From the NCBI GenBank assembly GCA_965220745.1, contig CBDCQT010000013.1, forward strand, positions 128,001 through 192,000: a stretch of DNA of 64,000 nucleotides. Reading direction: 5' to 3'. The DNA is from Alphaproteobacteria bacterium. GTDB lineage: Bacteria > Pseudomonadota > Alphaproteobacteria > UBA828. The notes under the pieces were generated by a model. The model was not told the origin of the DNA. It was given only the letters and a program-made list of their open reading frames with translations, and did not search any database. Shown piece after piece: positions 38,590-51,204 of this stretch. The translations under genes were made by a program, and so were the position numbers. The first letter of the stretch is position 1; the number at the start of each line of letters is the position of its first letter.

Positions 38590-39564
38590 CTAGTGCTCGC
38601 GCTCGGTCCTGATCTTGCGGGTCGGGTCCTCGAACACCTTGGTCAGCACCAGGCCCAGCAGGATCGTCAGCAGCAGCAGAGTGAACGCAATGGCAGCGCC
38701 ACGGCCGAGCTCGAAGAACTTGAACGACACGTCGAACAGGTAGGTCGGCAGAATTTTGGTCGCGTTGGCGGGGCCACCACCGGTCATGATCAGGATCGTG
38801 TCGATGAATCTGAAGTTGTCCATGAAGCGGAGCAGGATTGCGATCAGCAGGAACGGGTAGAGGTTGGGCAGCGCGACGCTGAAGAAATTGCGGAACGGTC
38901 CGGCGCCGTCGACCATGTGCGCTTCAAGCTGATCCTGCGGCACGCGCTTGAGGCCGGCGAGCGTGATGAGCGCGATGAGCGGGGTCCATTGCCAGACGTC
39001 GGTCGCGACGATCGCGAACATCGCCCAGAACTTGTTGCCGAGGATCGAGCCGCCTTCGAGCAGCCCGATGCTCTGCAACAGCCAGAAATACCAGCCGAAG
39101 GTCCCGTTATAGAGAAACATGTAAAGGAAACCGGCGACGACCGGCGCCATCATCATCGGCATCAGGAAGATGGTGACGAGGATTTTCTCGAAGCGGTTGT
39201 TGTTGAGGATGACCGCCACGAGGACGCCGAGGCCGATCTCGACCGAGAGGCAGAGCGCGCTGTACTTGAAGAGCGTGAGCCAGCCTCTGATGAACTTCTT
39301 GTCGGAGGCGAGCCGGGAGAAGTTGTCGATGCCGGCCCATACGTCCGACTTACCCGGCGCGAGTTGCACCTCGTGCAGGGTCATGTAGACCAGCCAGACC
39401 AGGGGATAGAGGGAGATCGCCGCCAGCAGCAGGATCGCCGGCAGCATCAGCCAAAGCAGGTAGTAGCGCGGCGGCCGGTGATTGAATTCCTCCGGCACGT
39501 AATCGATCGTCCGTACACCGCGCACGACGCCGCCCGCGACATCGATGTTCGCGATGTTGGCCAT
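38590..39564 (-). CDS. Carbohydrate ABC transporter permease (MalF-like)
   Basis: GIDNF, DVWQWTP, EAHMVDGA, MTGGGP. Confidence 0.93.
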   Translation of the reverse strand: MANIANIDVAGGVVRGVRTIDYVPEEFNHRPPRYYLLWLMLPAILLLAAISLYPLVWLVYMTLHEVQLAPGKSDVWAGIDNFSRLASDKKFIRGWLTLFKYSALCLSVEIGLGVLVAVILNNNRFEKILVTIFLMPMMMAPVVAGFLYMFLYNGTFGWYFWLLQSIGLLEGGSILGNKFWAMFAIVATDVWQWTPLIALITLAGLKRVPQDQLEAHMVDGAGPFRNFFSVALPNLYPFLLIAILLRFMDNFRFIDTILIMTGGGPANATKILPTYLFDVSFKFFELGRGAAIAFTLLLLTILLGLVLTKVFEDPTRKIRTEREH

Positions 39565-39683
39565 GCGCTGGGTCTCCGCGCCGTTTCGCCGTCCGCGGCC
39601 GGCTACTGTCTGTGTTGGTCAGAAGCCGCAACCCGCCCGAGAGACGCCGGGATGCCGGCGCGCCTCGGGCGGAGCGGTGTTAC

Positions 39684-41213
39684 CTAGACGTCGTGGATGG
39701 CGTCCAGCTCGTCCCGAATGGAATCGCATGCCTCCTGAGCCGAAAGCTCACCGGAGATGCACTGCTGCGTGCCGACGCGAACGATCTCGTGATACTCGTT
39801 CGACTTCGGCAGCTTCGGCCCGAGCACCATGTTGGGTGTGCGGATGCCCTTGTCGTAGACCGCCTCGAAGGTGAGCGCGTTCGGCATGGTGGTCGGCCGA
39901 TTGCGCGCCTCCTGGACCTCCGGCACGTCGAGGACGGACTTGCGGGTAGGCGTGCCGCCGACGCCGCGCAGCACCATGAGCTGCGTGTCGTGGCTGCAGG
40001 CCCAGCTGGCGAAGATGAACGCCGCACGCTGCAGGTCCATGTCCGCCCCGGCGTTGATGCCGATGCCGCCGATGCCGCAGTTGGTTGCGTTGACGACATT
40101 GTCGCCACCGTCGACGTTCCACTCGACGGCGCCCTTGGGCCCCATGGCGTAGCCCGTCTTGCCGCCCGCGGCGACGGACTGCTCAGGATCCTCCACCGAG
40201 GCCGCGAACTCGTGGTACTGGATCTGCATGGCCACGCCGCCGGCGGCGTAGACCGTGTTCAGCTCCAGGGTGCCGTTGGTCAGGTTGTCGGGATGGCTGA
40301 CGTCGGCGAGGGCCTTGTAGCCTTCCATCGCCTTGACCGACTGCGCATCGCCCCAGTTGGTCGGGCCGGGGTTCTTCGAGCCCAGCGTGTCGTCGACCGC
40401 GAAGTCGAGCCACTGGTTCTGCGCGTACATGTGCCGCTGGATGTCGAGCTGCGTGGTCCAGCCAAACGAGCCGTGATGCTGCGCGTAGCCGTAGGGGATG
40501 GACGAATCGCGCTCGTGCATCTTCCCGAAGAACTCGGTGATATCGACCATGTCCTTGTAGGTCGTCTCGTCGGTGAACTCGAGGCGGTAGCCGTAGTCTG
40601 CCTCGAAGTCCTTGGTCAGCTTCTCGAACAGGTCCTGCCGGTAGAAGGTGCAGGACACCGCGCAGTCATAGGGGAAGGCGCGGATCGGGCCGCGCTCGTA
40701 GTAGACGCCGCAGGCATCCAGATAATTCTCGAACCAGACGTCGCTGCCGTAACCCTGCGGGTCGAGCGGCAGCGTGTCGTCGACCGAGAACTCGTTGAGG
40801 TCGGCGTAGAAGTCCGCGAAGGGCGAGCCGATCGGCTTGTCCTGCACGTAGTTGAGGTGATAGTCGGCCTGGCCGCTACGCAGGTCGATACCGACCTTCT
40901 GCTGCACGGTGGGCAGGCCGTCGGTGAGAATCTCAACTTCGATCCCGGTGAGATCGTAGAACGCCTGGATGTTGTCGCGGATCGCGAAGGACGGCGGCGT
41001 GTTCTCGGACATGAAGACGAGCTTCGAGCCCTCGTACTGGCGCCACTTGGCTTCATCGGACGAATAGGCGTAGACCGGGCGGCGCGTGATCACCGAGTTC
41101 ATGCCAACCGCGATCGAGCCCGCGCCGAGTGCGGTTGCGACACCGCCTCCGAGCTCGAGGAATTTGCGGCGGCTGATCGGCTTGTACAGCGCCTTCTTGG
41201 GCATAGAGAACAT
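39684..41213 (-). CDS. Tat-exported ABC substrate-binding protein
   Basis: SRRKFL twin-arginine signal; first gene of the ABC operon. Confidence 0.85.
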   Translation of the reverse strand: MFSMPKKALYKPISRRKFLELGGGVATALGAGSIAVGMNSVITRRPVYAYSSDEAKWRQYEGSKLVFMSENTPPSFAIRDNIQAFYDLTGIEVEILTDGLPTVQQKVGIDLRSGQADYHLNYVQDKPIGSPFADFYADLNEFSVDDTLPLDPQGYGSDVWFENYLDACGVYYERGPIRAFPYDCAVSCTFYRQDLFEKLTKDFEADYGYRLEFTDETTYKDMVDITEFFGKMHERDSSIPYGYAQHHGSFGWTTQLDIQRHMYAQNQWLDFAVDDTLGSKNPGPTNWGDAQSVKAMEGYKALADVSHPDNLTNGTLELNTVYAAGGVAMQIQYHEFAASVEDPEQSVAAGGKTGYAMGPKGAVEWNVDGGDNVVNATNCGIGGIGINAGADMDLQRAAFIFASWACSHDTQLMVLRGVGGTPTRKSVLDVPEVQEARNRPTTMPNALTFEAVYDKGIRTPNMVLGPKLPKSNEYHEIVRVGTQQCISGELSAQEACDSIRDELDAIHDV

Positions 41214-41519
41214 GCTGTGCTCCTCCTTGGCGAATGTCGGGCTATGGCGTAACAGGGACGGGACGGTGTGAATATCGCGGCTCGCGCGGCAAGCTTCCGC
41301 GCGGTCTCCCTCCGCCGGCTGGCGGCAAACTGAACGTTTGTTTTCCCGGTGTCAATGGTCGCACCGATCAGGAACAAGCTCGTGTGTTGCCCGCAAGTTC
41401 TCTCCCTGTGGTCGACGGAATTCCACCGATTCCATCGATTCAACGACGGCGAAGCTCCTTGACCTTCCCCCGGCAGGCGCTTGTATGGGGAATGCACGGG
41501 GCAGGAGGCCGGAAGCGGA

Positions 41520-42917
41520 ATGACCATGCGTATTTCCCGACGGGCGTTCAACGGTGGACTCGTGGGCCTCGCGGCGGCGGGCAGCACCGCATTCGGAGTG
41601 GAACCAGCTCGCGCGGATGTGCCGACGCTGGAGGCGAATACAGGGTTTGCCCAACTCGCGCCGCCCGAGTTACCGGCAACACCCATCTGGGGCTATGAGG
41701 GGCAAGTGCCGGGTCCAGTCGTCCGCGTTAGGCAGGGAGAGCGTGTCGAGCGGCGATTCGTCAACAGTCTGCCGCAGGCCTCGACCGTGCACTGGCATGG
41801 CATCAGGATCGATAATGCCATGGACGGGGTGCCGGATCTGACGCAGTCGGCGGTACCGCCCGGCGGCAGCTATCTATACGATTTCGTGGTGCCCGACGCC
41901 GGAACCTACTGGTATCACTCCCACAATCGGACCTGGGAGCAGCTGGCCCGCGGACTGTACGGAGCGCTCATCGTCGAGGAAGCCGACGGCGGGCCGGAGG
42001 TCGACCGCGACGAGCTCATGCTCATCGACGACTGGCGTCTCACTCAAGAGGCGCAGATCGATTCGAATTTCGGTGCCATGGGCGATCGCTCGCACGGGGG
42101 GCGTATCGGCAATTGGGTGACGATCAACGGTGCGGGCGAATGGCGCGTCGAGGTCGGGCGGCACGAGCGGCTCCGGCTGCGGCTGGCGAACGCTGCCAAC
42201 GCACGCATCCTGGTACTGGGGCTGCACGGGCTGGAGGGCTGGGTGGTCGCCCTGGACGGGCAGCCCCTGGCCGCGCCCGAGCCCCTCGAGCGGCTCCTGC
42301 TTGCGCCGGCGCAGCGCGCCGATCTAATCGTCGACGCGACCGCCGAAGAGGGATCGGATGCGTTCCTCGTCTCGCTTGAGCGCGACGGCGCCTACAGGAT
42401 CGCGAGCTTCCGTGTGGACGGCACGATGAGGCCCCGACCACACGCCGCACCGGCGCCACTGGAACCCAATCCGGTTGCGTCGCTGCGCGGTCTAGCCGAG
42501 GCACGGTCCGCTCGGCTTCTGATGCAGGGCGGTGCCATGGGCGGCATGCAGAGCGCAGTCATGGGCGGCCGCGAAACAGACATCCGCGACATGGTGGCCC
42601 TGGGAAAGGTCTGGGCCTTCAACGGTGTCGCAGACTTCGCCGCACACCCCTTGCTCGACCTTGCGATCGACGAAGTGGCCCGGATCGCCATCGTCAACCA
42701 AACCGCCTGGCCTCACGCGATGCATCTGCACGGTCACCATTTCCGGCGCGTCGGCGAGGATGGCACCCTCGGGCCGCTGCGCGACACTCTGCTTCTGGAT
42801 CGTCAGGAATCTGCCGAGATCGCGTTCGTGGCCGATAATCCCGGCAACTGGCTCCTTCATTGCCACATGCCGGAGCATTCAGCCGGCGGGATGGAAACCT
42901 GGATTCGCGTCGGCTGA
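41520..42917 (+). CDS. Multicopper oxidase (Tat-exported)
   Basis: SRRAF; HWHG, YWYHSH, HAMHLHGH, HCHMPEH...M copper motifs. Confidence 0.95.
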   Translation: MTMRISRRAFNGGLVGLAAAGSTAFGVEPARADVPTLEANTGFAQLAPPELPATPIWGYEGQVPGPVVRVRQGERVERRFVNSLPQASTVHWHGIRIDNAMDGVPDLTQSAVPPGGSYLYDFVVPDAGTYWYHSHNRTWEQLARGLYGALIVEEADGGPEVDRDELMLIDDWRLTQEAQIDSNFGAMGDRSHGGRIGNWVTINGAGEWRVEVGRHERLRLRLANAANARILVLGLHGLEGWVVALDGQPLAAPEPLERLLLAPAQRADLIVDATAEEGSDAFLVSLERDGAYRIASFRVDGTMRPRPHAAPAPLEPNPVASLRGLAEARSARLLMQGGAMGGMQSAVMGGRETDIRDMVALGKVWAFNGVADFAAHPLLDLAIDEVARIAIVNQTAWPHAMHLHGHHFRRVGEDGTLGPLRDTLLLDRQESAEIAFVADNPGNWLLHCHMPEHSAGGMETWIRVG

Positions 42918-42959
42918 ATGGGCGCGGCCCTCGTCGCTGCCCTCCCCGTTGCGGCGGGG

Positions 42960-44912
42960 CTACGATCGAAGGGCGGGAAGGTCCTCGAAGAGCGCCAGCG
43001 CCTCCGGGTTCGCCAGCGCCTCGCGATTCTTGACCGCGCGGCCGTGAATCACGTCGCGGACCGCAAGCTCGGTGATCTTGCCCGAGCGGGTGCGGGGGAT
43101 GTCGGCGATCTGGATCACCTTGGCCGGCACGTGGCGGGGCGTGCATTCTCGGCGGATGCGTTTCCTGATCCGGTCGGCAAGCGCGTCGTTCAGCCCGATT
43201 CCTTCGCGCAATCGGACGAAGAGCACGATGCGCTGGTCGCCCTCCCAGTCCTGGCCGATGCAGATGGCCTCCAGCACCTCGTCGCACTGCTCGACCTGGC
43301 GATAGATCTCCGCCGTGCCGATGCGGACGCCGCCGGGGTTCAGCACCGCATCGGAACGGCCGTGGATGACCAGCCCGTCGTGTTCGGTGCGCGTCACCCA
43401 GTCGCCGTGGCACCAGACGCTGTCGAAGCGATCGAAGTAGGCGCCGTGGTACTTGGCGCCGTCCGGATCGTTCCAGAACGAGACCGGCATGGAGGGGAAG
43501 GGCCGCGTGCACACCAGCTCCCCCGGCTCGCCGCGCACGGGCTTGCCGACATCGTCGAACACGTCGACCGCCATGCCGAGGCCGAAGGCCTGCAGCTCGC
43601 CCCGCCGGACCGGGCCCATCGGATTGCCCAGCGCGAAGCAGGAGATGATGTCGGTGCCGCCCGAGATCGAGGCGAGGTGGAGGTCGTCCTTGACGGCGCG
43701 GTAGACGTACTCGAAGCCCTCCGGCGCGAGCGGCGAGCCGGTCGAGGTCATGGTGCGCAGCGCGCCGAGGTCGTGGGTGCGCTTCGGTTCAAGTCCCGCC
43801 TTAGCGGCGGCGTCCAAGTATTTGGCGGAAGTGCCGAAAAGGGTCATGGCCTCGGCGTCCACATAATCGAAGAGCACGTTGCCGTCGGGGTGGAAGGGGG
43901 AGCCGTCGTAGAGCAGCAGCGTCGCCTCCGAGGCCAGAGCGCTCACCAGCCAGTTCCACATCATCCAACCGCAGGTGGTGGCGTAGAACACCCGGTCGCC
44001 TCGCCCGATGTCGCTCTGCAAGGCGTGCTCCTTCATGTGCTGGAGCAGGGTGCCGCCGGTGCCGTGCACGATGCACTTGGGCGCGCCGGTGGTGCCGGAG
44101 GAGAACATGATCACCAGCGGGTGGTCGAACGGCACGCGCACGAAGTCGATCGGACCGCCCTCTTGCTCTCCAAGCGCTTCGCCATAGAGAGTGGCGCCCC
44201 TGATGCCGTCCAGGGACGGACTCTCCTCCGCGTAGGGCACCACGATCACGTGCTCCACGGTGGGAAGCTCCGCCAGGATTTCGCGCACCTGCGGCCGGCG
44301 GTCGAAGGTCTTGCCGCCGTAGAAGTAGCCGTCGGCGGCGATCAGCACGGTGGGTTCGACTTGGCCGAAGCGGTCGAGCACGCCGCGCGTGCCGAAATCC
44401 GACGAACACGAGGACCAGACGGCGCCGAGACTCGCCGCCGCCAGCGCCGAGACGATGGTCTCGGGCATGTTCGGCAGGTAGCCCGCGACCCGGTCGCCCT
44501 GGCGGACCCCGCGGGCTGCCAATGCCTGAGCCATGCGCGACACCTGGTCGCGCAGCGCGGAGAAGCTGAGGCGCCGCTTCACGCGGTCCTCGCCCCAGAA
44601 GACCAGCGCGTCCGCCTCATCTCGCCGGCGCAGCAGATTCTCGGCGTAGTTGAGCCTGGCGTCGGGGAACCAGCGGGCGCCCGGCATCTTGTCGCCATCG
44701 ACCACGATGCGCTCGCCCGGACCGTCGCCGATGATGCCGGAAAAATCCCACATCGAGCGCCAGAACTGCGCCGGCTCGGCGATCGACCAGGCGTGCAGCG
44801 CGGCATAGTCCGGGGCATCGATGCCCCATGTGGCGCGCACGTCCGCCATGAAGCGGCCCAGTCGGGCTCGTTCGAGGCGTTCGGCCGATGGCGTCCAGAG
44901 AGGCTCGGTCAT
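42960..44912 (-). CDS. Acetoacetate--CoA ligase
   Basis: [54 protein letters not shown]. Confidence 0.93.
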   Translation of the reverse strand: MTEPLWTPSAERLERARLGRFMADVRATWGIDAPDYAALHAWSIAEPAQFWRSMWDFSGIIGDGPGERIVVDGDKMPGARWFPDARLNYAENLLRRRDEADALVFWGEDRVKRRLSFSALRDQVSRMAQALAARGVRQGDRVAGYLPNMPETIVSALAAASLGAVWSSCSSDFGTRGVLDRFGQVEPTVLIAADGYFYGGKTFDRRPQVREILAELPTVEHVIVVPYAEESPSLDGIRGATLYGEALGEQEGGPIDFVRVPFDHPLVIMFSSGTTGAPKCIVHGTGGTLLQHMKEHALQSDIGRGDRVFYATTCGWMMWNWLVSALASEATLLLYDGSPFHPDGNVLFDYVDAEAMTLFGTSAKYLDAAAKAGLEPKRTHDLGALRTMTSTGSPLAPEGFEYVYRAVKDDLHLASISGGTDIISCFALGNPMGPVRRGELQAFGLGMAVDVFDDVGKPVRGEPGELVCTRPFPSMPVSFWNDPDGAKYHGAYFDRFDSVWCHGDWVTRTEHDGLVIHGRSDAVLNPGGVRIGTAEIYRQVEQCDEVLEAICIGQDWEGDQRIVLFVRLREGIGLNDALADRIRKRIRRECTPRHVPAKVIQIADIPRTRSGKITELAVRDVIHGRAVKNREALANPEALALFEDLPALRS

Positions 44913-45080
44913 GGCTCCTCCGCTTCTGTCGCGCCCTCATAGCAGGCTCCCGCGCCGAACGGGAGACCCGAAGGGCCGAGGTGTGAGCAAAGAGTTTCGG
45001 CGCAGGCATTTGCCAACTGTTCGAGTAAACTCGTCAGTGCTTCGTGCTCCAAATCGTCCGGCAAGACGAGAGAGGCGCCC

Positions 45081-45389
45081 ATGATTGCCGCCGTCGCCGA
45101 GCGCACCGCCGAGATTCAGCGGCTTTGCGGCCGGCATCGCGTGCAGAGGCTCGCACTGTTCGGCTCGGCAGCAAGCGGCGAGCACCGCGACGGCGCGAGC
45201 GACTACGACTTCGTGGTGGAGTTTCCACCAATGCCAGCCGGCGCTTACGCTGACGCCTATTTCGGTCTGTTGGAGGACCTGGAGCAGCTACTCGACGGCC
45301 CGGTGGAACTGGTCGTTGGTTCGGCCATCAGGAACCCGTTCTTTCGCCAATCAGTCGAGCGAACCAGTGCGCTTCTCTATGAAGCCTGA
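45081..45389 (+). CDS. MNT-type nucleotidyltransferase antitoxin
   Basis: LFGS...SDYD motif; 102 aa; overlaps the HEPN gene. Confidence 0.88.
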   Translation: MIAAVAERTAEIQRLCGRHRVQRLALFGSAASGEHRDGASDYDFVVEFPPMPAGAYADAYFGLLEDLEQLLDGPVELVVGSAIRNPFFRQSVERTSALLYEA

Positions 45390-45735
45390 AGCCCAAAAGT
45401 ATCTGTTCGACATCTGGCGTGCCGTGGAGTTGCTGACCAACTTCACTGCGGGTAAGGCGTTCGCCGATTACGAGCACGACGCCATGTTGCGTTCAGCAGT
45501 CGAGCGCCAGTTTGAGATTGTCGGAGAGGCGACGGCACAGCTAGCCAAACTCGACCGTGGTCTCGCCGCTCGTATCGGCCAATACCGTCGCATCGTGGCC
45601 TTCCGCAATATCCTCATCCACGGCTATGCAGATGTAGACGACCGCCTGGTGTGGGATGTGGTCGAGACCAAGCTCCCGGCCTTGCGCCGCGATGTCGAGA
45701 GGCTGTTGAGGGAGGCGGGGATGGAGCCTTCCTGA
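45379..45735 (+). CDS. HepT-like HEPN ribonuclease toxin (DUF86)
   Basis: AVERQFEIVGEA and RNILIHGY (R-X4-H-X-Y). Confidence 0.9.
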   Translation: MKPEAQKYLFDIWRAVELLTNFTAGKAFADYEHDAMLRSAVERQFEIVGEATAQLAKLDRGLAARIGQYRRIVAFRNILIHGYADVDDRLVWDVVETKLPALRRDVERLLREAGMEPS

Positions 45736-45886
45736 TCGCGGGTTCGCGAGCCCGCATGCGGCGCGCCATCCACGCCGATTGACATTCCGGCGATATTCCC
45801 TATTGAAAGCGGACCGAATTCGTCCTATATGCCCGTCACGCACGCTCGGCGAGAGCGCGGGCGAGGCGATTGCGAGGGGGTACAGC

Positions 45887-46351
45887 ATGATCCGCGTCAG
45901 CCGCATGGCCGACTATGGTGTCGTGGCCATGACCCACATCGCGCGCGCACCGCGCGCCCGGCACACGGCGGCGAGCATCGCGGCGCAGACCGGCGTGCCC
46001 CAGCCGAGCGCGAGCAAGCTCCTGAAATTGCTGGCGAAGGCCGGCATTCTGACCTCCCATCGGGGGGCCAAGGGCGGCTACGCGCTCGCACATGCGCCCG
46101 AGCAGGTCTCGGTGGCTGACCTGGTTGCCGCCGTGGACGGACCGATCTCGCTCGCCGATTGCCTCGACGGCCCGTCTGGCATCTGCGAGCTGGAGAGCTT
46201 CTGCTCGGTGCGCGGCCCCTGGCAGAAGATCAGCGACGCGATCCGCGTGGCGCTGGAGGAGGTGACGTTGGCCGACATGGCCCAGGCGGCGGAAGGCGCA
46301 GGCGATTGGCGCGCGCCGGCTGAGACCGCAGGCCGGGAGCACGCGTCATGA
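45887..46351 (+). CDS. Rrf2/IscR-like SUF system regulator
   Basis: [14 protein letters not shown], three Cys ([12 protein letters not shown]); heads the suf operon. Confidence 0.9.
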   Translation: MIRVSRMADYGVVAMTHIARAPRARHTAASIAAQTGVPQPSASKLLKLLAKAGILTSHRGAKGGYALAHAPEQVSVADLVAAVDGPISLADCLDGPSGICELESFCSVRGPWQKISDAIRVALEEVTLADMAQAAEGAGDWRAPAETAGREHAS

Positions 46352-47811
46352 GCGCCCAGCACGAGGCCGCGCAGGCGGTCGAGTCCTACGCCGGCGAGCG
46401 CTACAAGTACGGCTTCGTCACCGATGTCGAGGCCGACTCCGCGCCGCCCGGCCTGGACCACGACACGATCCGCTTCATCTCCGCCAAGAAGGGCGAGCCC
46501 GAGTGGCTATTAGCATGGCGTCTCAAGGCCTTCGAGCGCTGGCTTGAGATGGAAGACGAGGAACCGGCCTGGGCCAAGCTGCACTATCCGCCCATCGATT
46601 ATCAGGACGCCTGCTACTACTCCGCGCCCAAGTCGGATTCGGACCGGCCCAAGAGCCTGGACGAGGTCGACCCGGAGCTGCTGAAGACCTACGAGAAGCT
46701 CGGCATCCCGCTCCAGGAGCAGGAGATGCTGGCCGGCGTCGCGGTGGACGCGGTGTTCGACAGCGTCTCGGTCGCCACCACGTTCAAGGACAAGCTCGCC
46801 GAGATGGGGGTCATCTTCTGCTCGATCTCGGAGGCGGTGAAGGAGCACCCTGAGCTGGTGCAGCGTTACCTGGGCTCCGTGGTGCCCTATTCGGACAACT
46901 TCTTCGCGACGTTGAATTCGGCGGTCTTCACCGACGGCTCCTTCGTCTACGTGCCGAAGGGCGTGCGCTGCCCGATGGAGCTCTCCACCTACTTCCGTAT
47001 CAACGCGGCCAACACCGGGCAGTTCGAGCGCACGCTGATCGTCGCCGACGAGGGCTCCTACGTGAGCTATCTCGAAGGCTGCACGGCGCCCATGCGGGAC
47101 GAGAACCAGCTTCACGCGGCCGTGGTCGAGCTGATCGCGCTCGACGACGCCGAGATCAAGTATTCCACGGTGCAGAACTGGTATCCCGGCGATGCCGAGG
47201 GCAGGGGCGGAATCTACAACTTCGTCACCAAGCGCGGCGCCTGCCGCGGGGCCAACGCCAAGATCTCGTGGACCCAGGTGGAGACGGGGTCCGCGATCAC
47301 CTGGAAGTACCCGAGCTGCATCCTGCAGGGCGACAATTCGGTGGGCGAGTTCTACTCCATCGCCATCACCAACAACCGCCAGCAGGCCGATACCGGCACC
47401 AAGATGATCCACATGGGCCGCAATACGAAGAGCCGGATCGTCTCCAAGGGCATCGCCGCCGGGCGCTCGGACAGCACCTATCGCGGGCTGGTGCGCATCC
47501 AGCCCAAGGCCGAGGGCGCGCGCAATCACACCCAGTGCGATTCGCTCCTGATCGGCGCGGAATGCGGCGCCCACACGGTGCCCTACATCGAATCCCGCAA
47601 CCCCACGGCGCGGGTTGAGCACGAGGCGACGACCTCGAAGATCAGCGAAGACCAGCTCTTCTACTGCCGCCAGCGCGGCATCGACGAGGAGGACGCGGTG
47701 GCGCTGATCGTGAACGGCTTCTGCCGCGAGGTGTTGCAGGAGTTGCCAATGGAGTTCGCAGTCGAGGCGCAGAAGCTCGTGGCAATCAGCCTCGAAGGCA
47801 GTGTCGGCTAG
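46348..47811 (+). CDS. sufB: Fe-S cluster assembly protein SufB
   Basis: [30 protein letters not shown]. Confidence 0.97.
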   Translation: MSAQHEAAQAVESYAGERYKYGFVTDVEADSAPPGLDHDTIRFISAKKGEPEWLLAWRLKAFERWLEMEDEEPAWAKLHYPPIDYQDACYYSAPKSDSDRPKSLDEVDPELLKTYEKLGIPLQEQEMLAGVAVDAVFDSVSVATTFKDKLAEMGVIFCSISEAVKEHPELVQRYLGSVVPYSDNFFATLNSAVFTDGSFVYVPKGVRCPMELSTYFRINAANTGQFERTLIVADEGSYVSYLEGCTAPMRDENQLHAAVVELIALDDAEIKYSTVQNWYPGDAEGRGGIYNFVTKRGACRGANAKISWTQVETGSAITWKYPSCILQGDNSVGEFYSIAITNNRQQADTGTKMIHMGRNTKSRIVSKGIAAGRSDSTYRGLVRIQPKAEGARNHTQCDSLLIGAECGAHTVPYIESRNPTARVEHEATTSKISEDQLFYCRQRGIDEEDAVALIVNGFCREVLQELPMEFAVEAQKLVAISLEGSVG

Positions 47812-47832
47812 GACGGACAGCACGGGACAGCC

Positions 47833-48603
<771 letters not shown>

Positions 48604-48619
48604 GCGGGGACAACCGGCC

Positions 48620-49939
48620 ATGCCCGCTGCGCGAACCATTCCGTTCGACTATCCGGTGCCGGGCCCGGCGGCGGCGCTTCCGGGCGCCGGCCTGCCGTGG
48701 CTCGATGCGCTGCGCAACGAGGGCCGGCGGCTCAGCGCGAATGGGCTGCCAAGCACCCGCACGGAGGCGTGGAAGTACACCAACCTCGCGCCGCTCGCCG
48801 AACTCGACTTTCCGCCGCCAGCGCTGGGGGCCGAGGCCCAGCCTGCCGATTTTCGGCCCGGCGCTTTCGACGGGTTGGATGGGCCAACTGTGGCCTTCGT
48901 CAACGGCAGCCTGTCGCCGGAACACTCACGGCTCGATGGCCTGCCCGACGGGCTGCGCGTGCGCGGGCTGGCGCAGGGTCTGGCCGACGACCCGGCCGGG
49001 ATCGAAGCGCTGGTCGGCGGCGCCGAGTCCCTCAATGGCGATCTCTTGGCTGCTTTCAACGCGGCCTTCGCAACTGACGGCTGCATCGTCGAGACCGCGC
49101 CGGGCACGAGGGTGGAAGAGCTTGTCCGGCTGCGCTTCGTCGCCGCGCCCGGCAGCGAGCCTCTCGCCTACCATCCGCGCGTCATCGTGCGTTTGGGCGC
49201 GGGCAGCAGCCTCACCCTGATCGAGTGCCATGAAGGGCCGGCGGGTGGGCCAACATGGTCAAACCCGCTCGTGGACATCCGGGTGGGCGAGGGCGCCCGG
49301 CTCAGCCACATCAAACTGCAGGTCGAGGGCGAAGGTGCCTATCACACCGCGCTGGCCAAGGCGGTGCTGGCTGGGGAGGCCCGCTACGAGAGCCATCTGC
49401 TGGCGCTCGGCGCCCGCCTCGCGCGCCACGAAATCCATGTCCAGCTCGCAGGCGAGGGCGCGGATTGCCAGCTGCGCGGCGGCTACATGGCGCGCGGCAG
49501 CCAGCATATCGACAACACCACGGTGATCGACCACGCCGTGCCTCATTGCGAGAGCCGCGAGGTCTACAAGGGCGTGCTCGACGATACGGCGCGCGGGGTC
49601 TTCCAGGGCAAGATCATCGTGCGCCAGGATGCCCAAAAAACCGACGGCCACCAGCTCAACCGCACGCTGCTGCTCTCACGCAAGGCCGAGATCGACACCA
49701 AGCCCGAGCTCGAAATCTACGCCGATGACGTGAAATGCAGCCACGGCGCGACCGCCGGCGAGCCCGAGGCCGACCAGCTCTTCTATCTGCGCTCGCGCGG
49801 CCTCGATCACAGAACCGCGCTTGCGCTGATCGTCGAAGGCTTCATGGGCGAGCTGCTGGAGGAGACTGGCCACGAGCCGGTGCACGCGGCTTTGGCTGCG
49901 CGTGTCGCGGATTGGATCGAGGGAGGTGAGGGATCGTGA
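48620..49939 (+). CDS. sufD: Fe-S cluster assembly protein SufD
   Basis: EAWKYT, KPELEIYADDVKCSHGAT, LFYLRSRG. Confidence 0.95.
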   Translation: MPAARTIPFDYPVPGPAAALPGAGLPWLDALRNEGRRLSANGLPSTRTEAWKYTNLAPLAELDFPPPALGAEAQPADFRPGAFDGLDGPTVAFVNGSLSPEHSRLDGLPDGLRVRGLAQGLADDPAGIEALVGGAESLNGDLLAAFNAAFATDGCIVETAPGTRVEELVRLRFVAAPGSEPLAYHPRVIVRLGAGSSLTLIECHEGPAGGPTWSNPLVDIRVGEGARLSHIKLQVEGEGAYHTALAKAVLAGEARYESHLLALGARLARHEIHVQLAGEGADCQLRGGYMARGSQHIDNTTVIDHAVPHCESREVYKGVLDDTARGVFQGKIIVRQDAQKTDGHQLNRTLLLSRKAEIDTKPELEIYADDVKCSHGATAGEPEADQLFYLRSRGLDHRTALALIVEGFMGELLEETGHEPVHAALAARVADWIEGGEGS

Positions 49940-51204
49940 ACACCGCTTCCGCTCAGCCCGTCGATCGATCCACGGCCACTTTGGCGCCGTTCGACGTGGA
50001 GCGGGTGCGCGCAGATTTCCCGATCCTCTCGCGCACCGTTCACGGCAAGCCGCTGACGTTTCTCGACAGCGGCGCGAGCGCCCAAAAGCCGCGCCAGGTG
50101 ATCGATGCGCTATCGCACTGCTACGAGGCCGAATACGCCAACATCCATCGCGGCGTCTACGAGCTGAGCGCCAAAGCGACGGAGGCCTACGAAGGTGCCC
50201 GCGCCAGGGTGCAGCGTTTCGTCAATGCCCGCTCGGCGAACGAGATCGTCTTCACCAAGGGCACGACCGAGGCGATCAACCTGGTCGCCACGAGCTGGGG
50301 TGGGGCGTTCCTCAGCGAGGGCGACGAGGTCGTGCTCTCGGTGCTAGAGCACCACGCCAACATCGTGCCGTGGCAATTGCTGCGCCAGCACACGGGCATC
50401 GTGCTCAAGGTGGTGCCGACAGACGAGCGTGGCGCCTTTCCGCTCGACGCCTACGAGGCGCTGGTCGGGCCACGCACCAAGCTGGTCGCGATCACCCACG
50501 TCTCAAACGTGCTGGGCACCGTGGTCCCCGTCGCCGAGGTCGTGCGCATCGCCCACGCCAACGGCGCCAAGGTGCTGATCGACGGCGCCCAGGGGATCGT
50601 CCACCAACCCGTGGACGTGCAGGCGCTGGACGTCGATTTCTACTGTTTCTCGGCCCACAAGCTCTACGGGCCGAGCGGCATCGGCGTGCTCTACGGCAAG
50701 GAGGCGCTGCTCGCCGCCATGCCGCCCTATCAGGGCGGCGGCGACATGATCGAGCGCGTCACCTTCGAGCGCACGGCCTTCGCCCCGCCGCCGGCGCGGT
50801 TCGAGGCCGGCACGCCGCCCATCGCAGGCACCGTCGGCCTTCATGCCGCAATCGACTATGTCGCGTCATTCGATCCGGCGGCCGTCGTCGCCCACGAGCA
50901 CGACCTGCTCGCCTACGCGACCGAGCGGCTCGGCGCGCTGAACAGCGTCCGCCTCTACGGCACCGCTCCGGGGAAGGCCGCCATCGTCTCCTTCACCATG
51001 GACGACGTGCATCCCCACGACATCGGCACCATTCTCGACCGCGCGGGCGTCGCGGTGCGGGTCGGCCATCACTGCGCGCAGCCGTTGATGGACCACTTCG
51101 ACATCGCCGGTACCGTGCGGGCCTCCTTCGGCCTCTACAACACGCGGGACGATATCGACCGACTGATTGACGGGCTCGACGAGGTGCGGGAGATTTTTGG
51201 CTGA
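49936..51204 (+). CDS. sufS: Cysteine desulfurase SufS
   Basis: LDSGASAQKP, SAHKLYGP, RVGHHCAQP. Confidence 0.96.
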   Translation: MNTASAQPVDRSTATLAPFDVERVRADFPILSRTVHGKPLTFLDSGASAQKPRQVIDALSHCYEAEYANIHRGVYELSAKATEAYEGARARVQRFVNARSANEIVFTKGTTEAINLVATSWGGAFLSEGDEVVLSVLEHHANIVPWQLLRQHTGIVLKVVPTDERGAFPLDAYEALVGPRTKLVAITHVSNVLGTVVPVAEVVRIAHANGAKVLIDGAQGIVHQPVDVQALDVDFYCFSAHKLYGPSGIGVLYGKEALLAAMPPYQGGGDMIERVTFERTAFAPPPARFEAGTPPIAGTVGLHAAIDYVASFDPAAVVAHEHDLLAYATERLGALNSVRLYGTAPGKAAIVSFTMDDVHPHDIGTILDRAGVAVRVGHHCAQPLMDHFDIAGTVRASFGLYNTRDDIDRLIDGLDEVREIFG

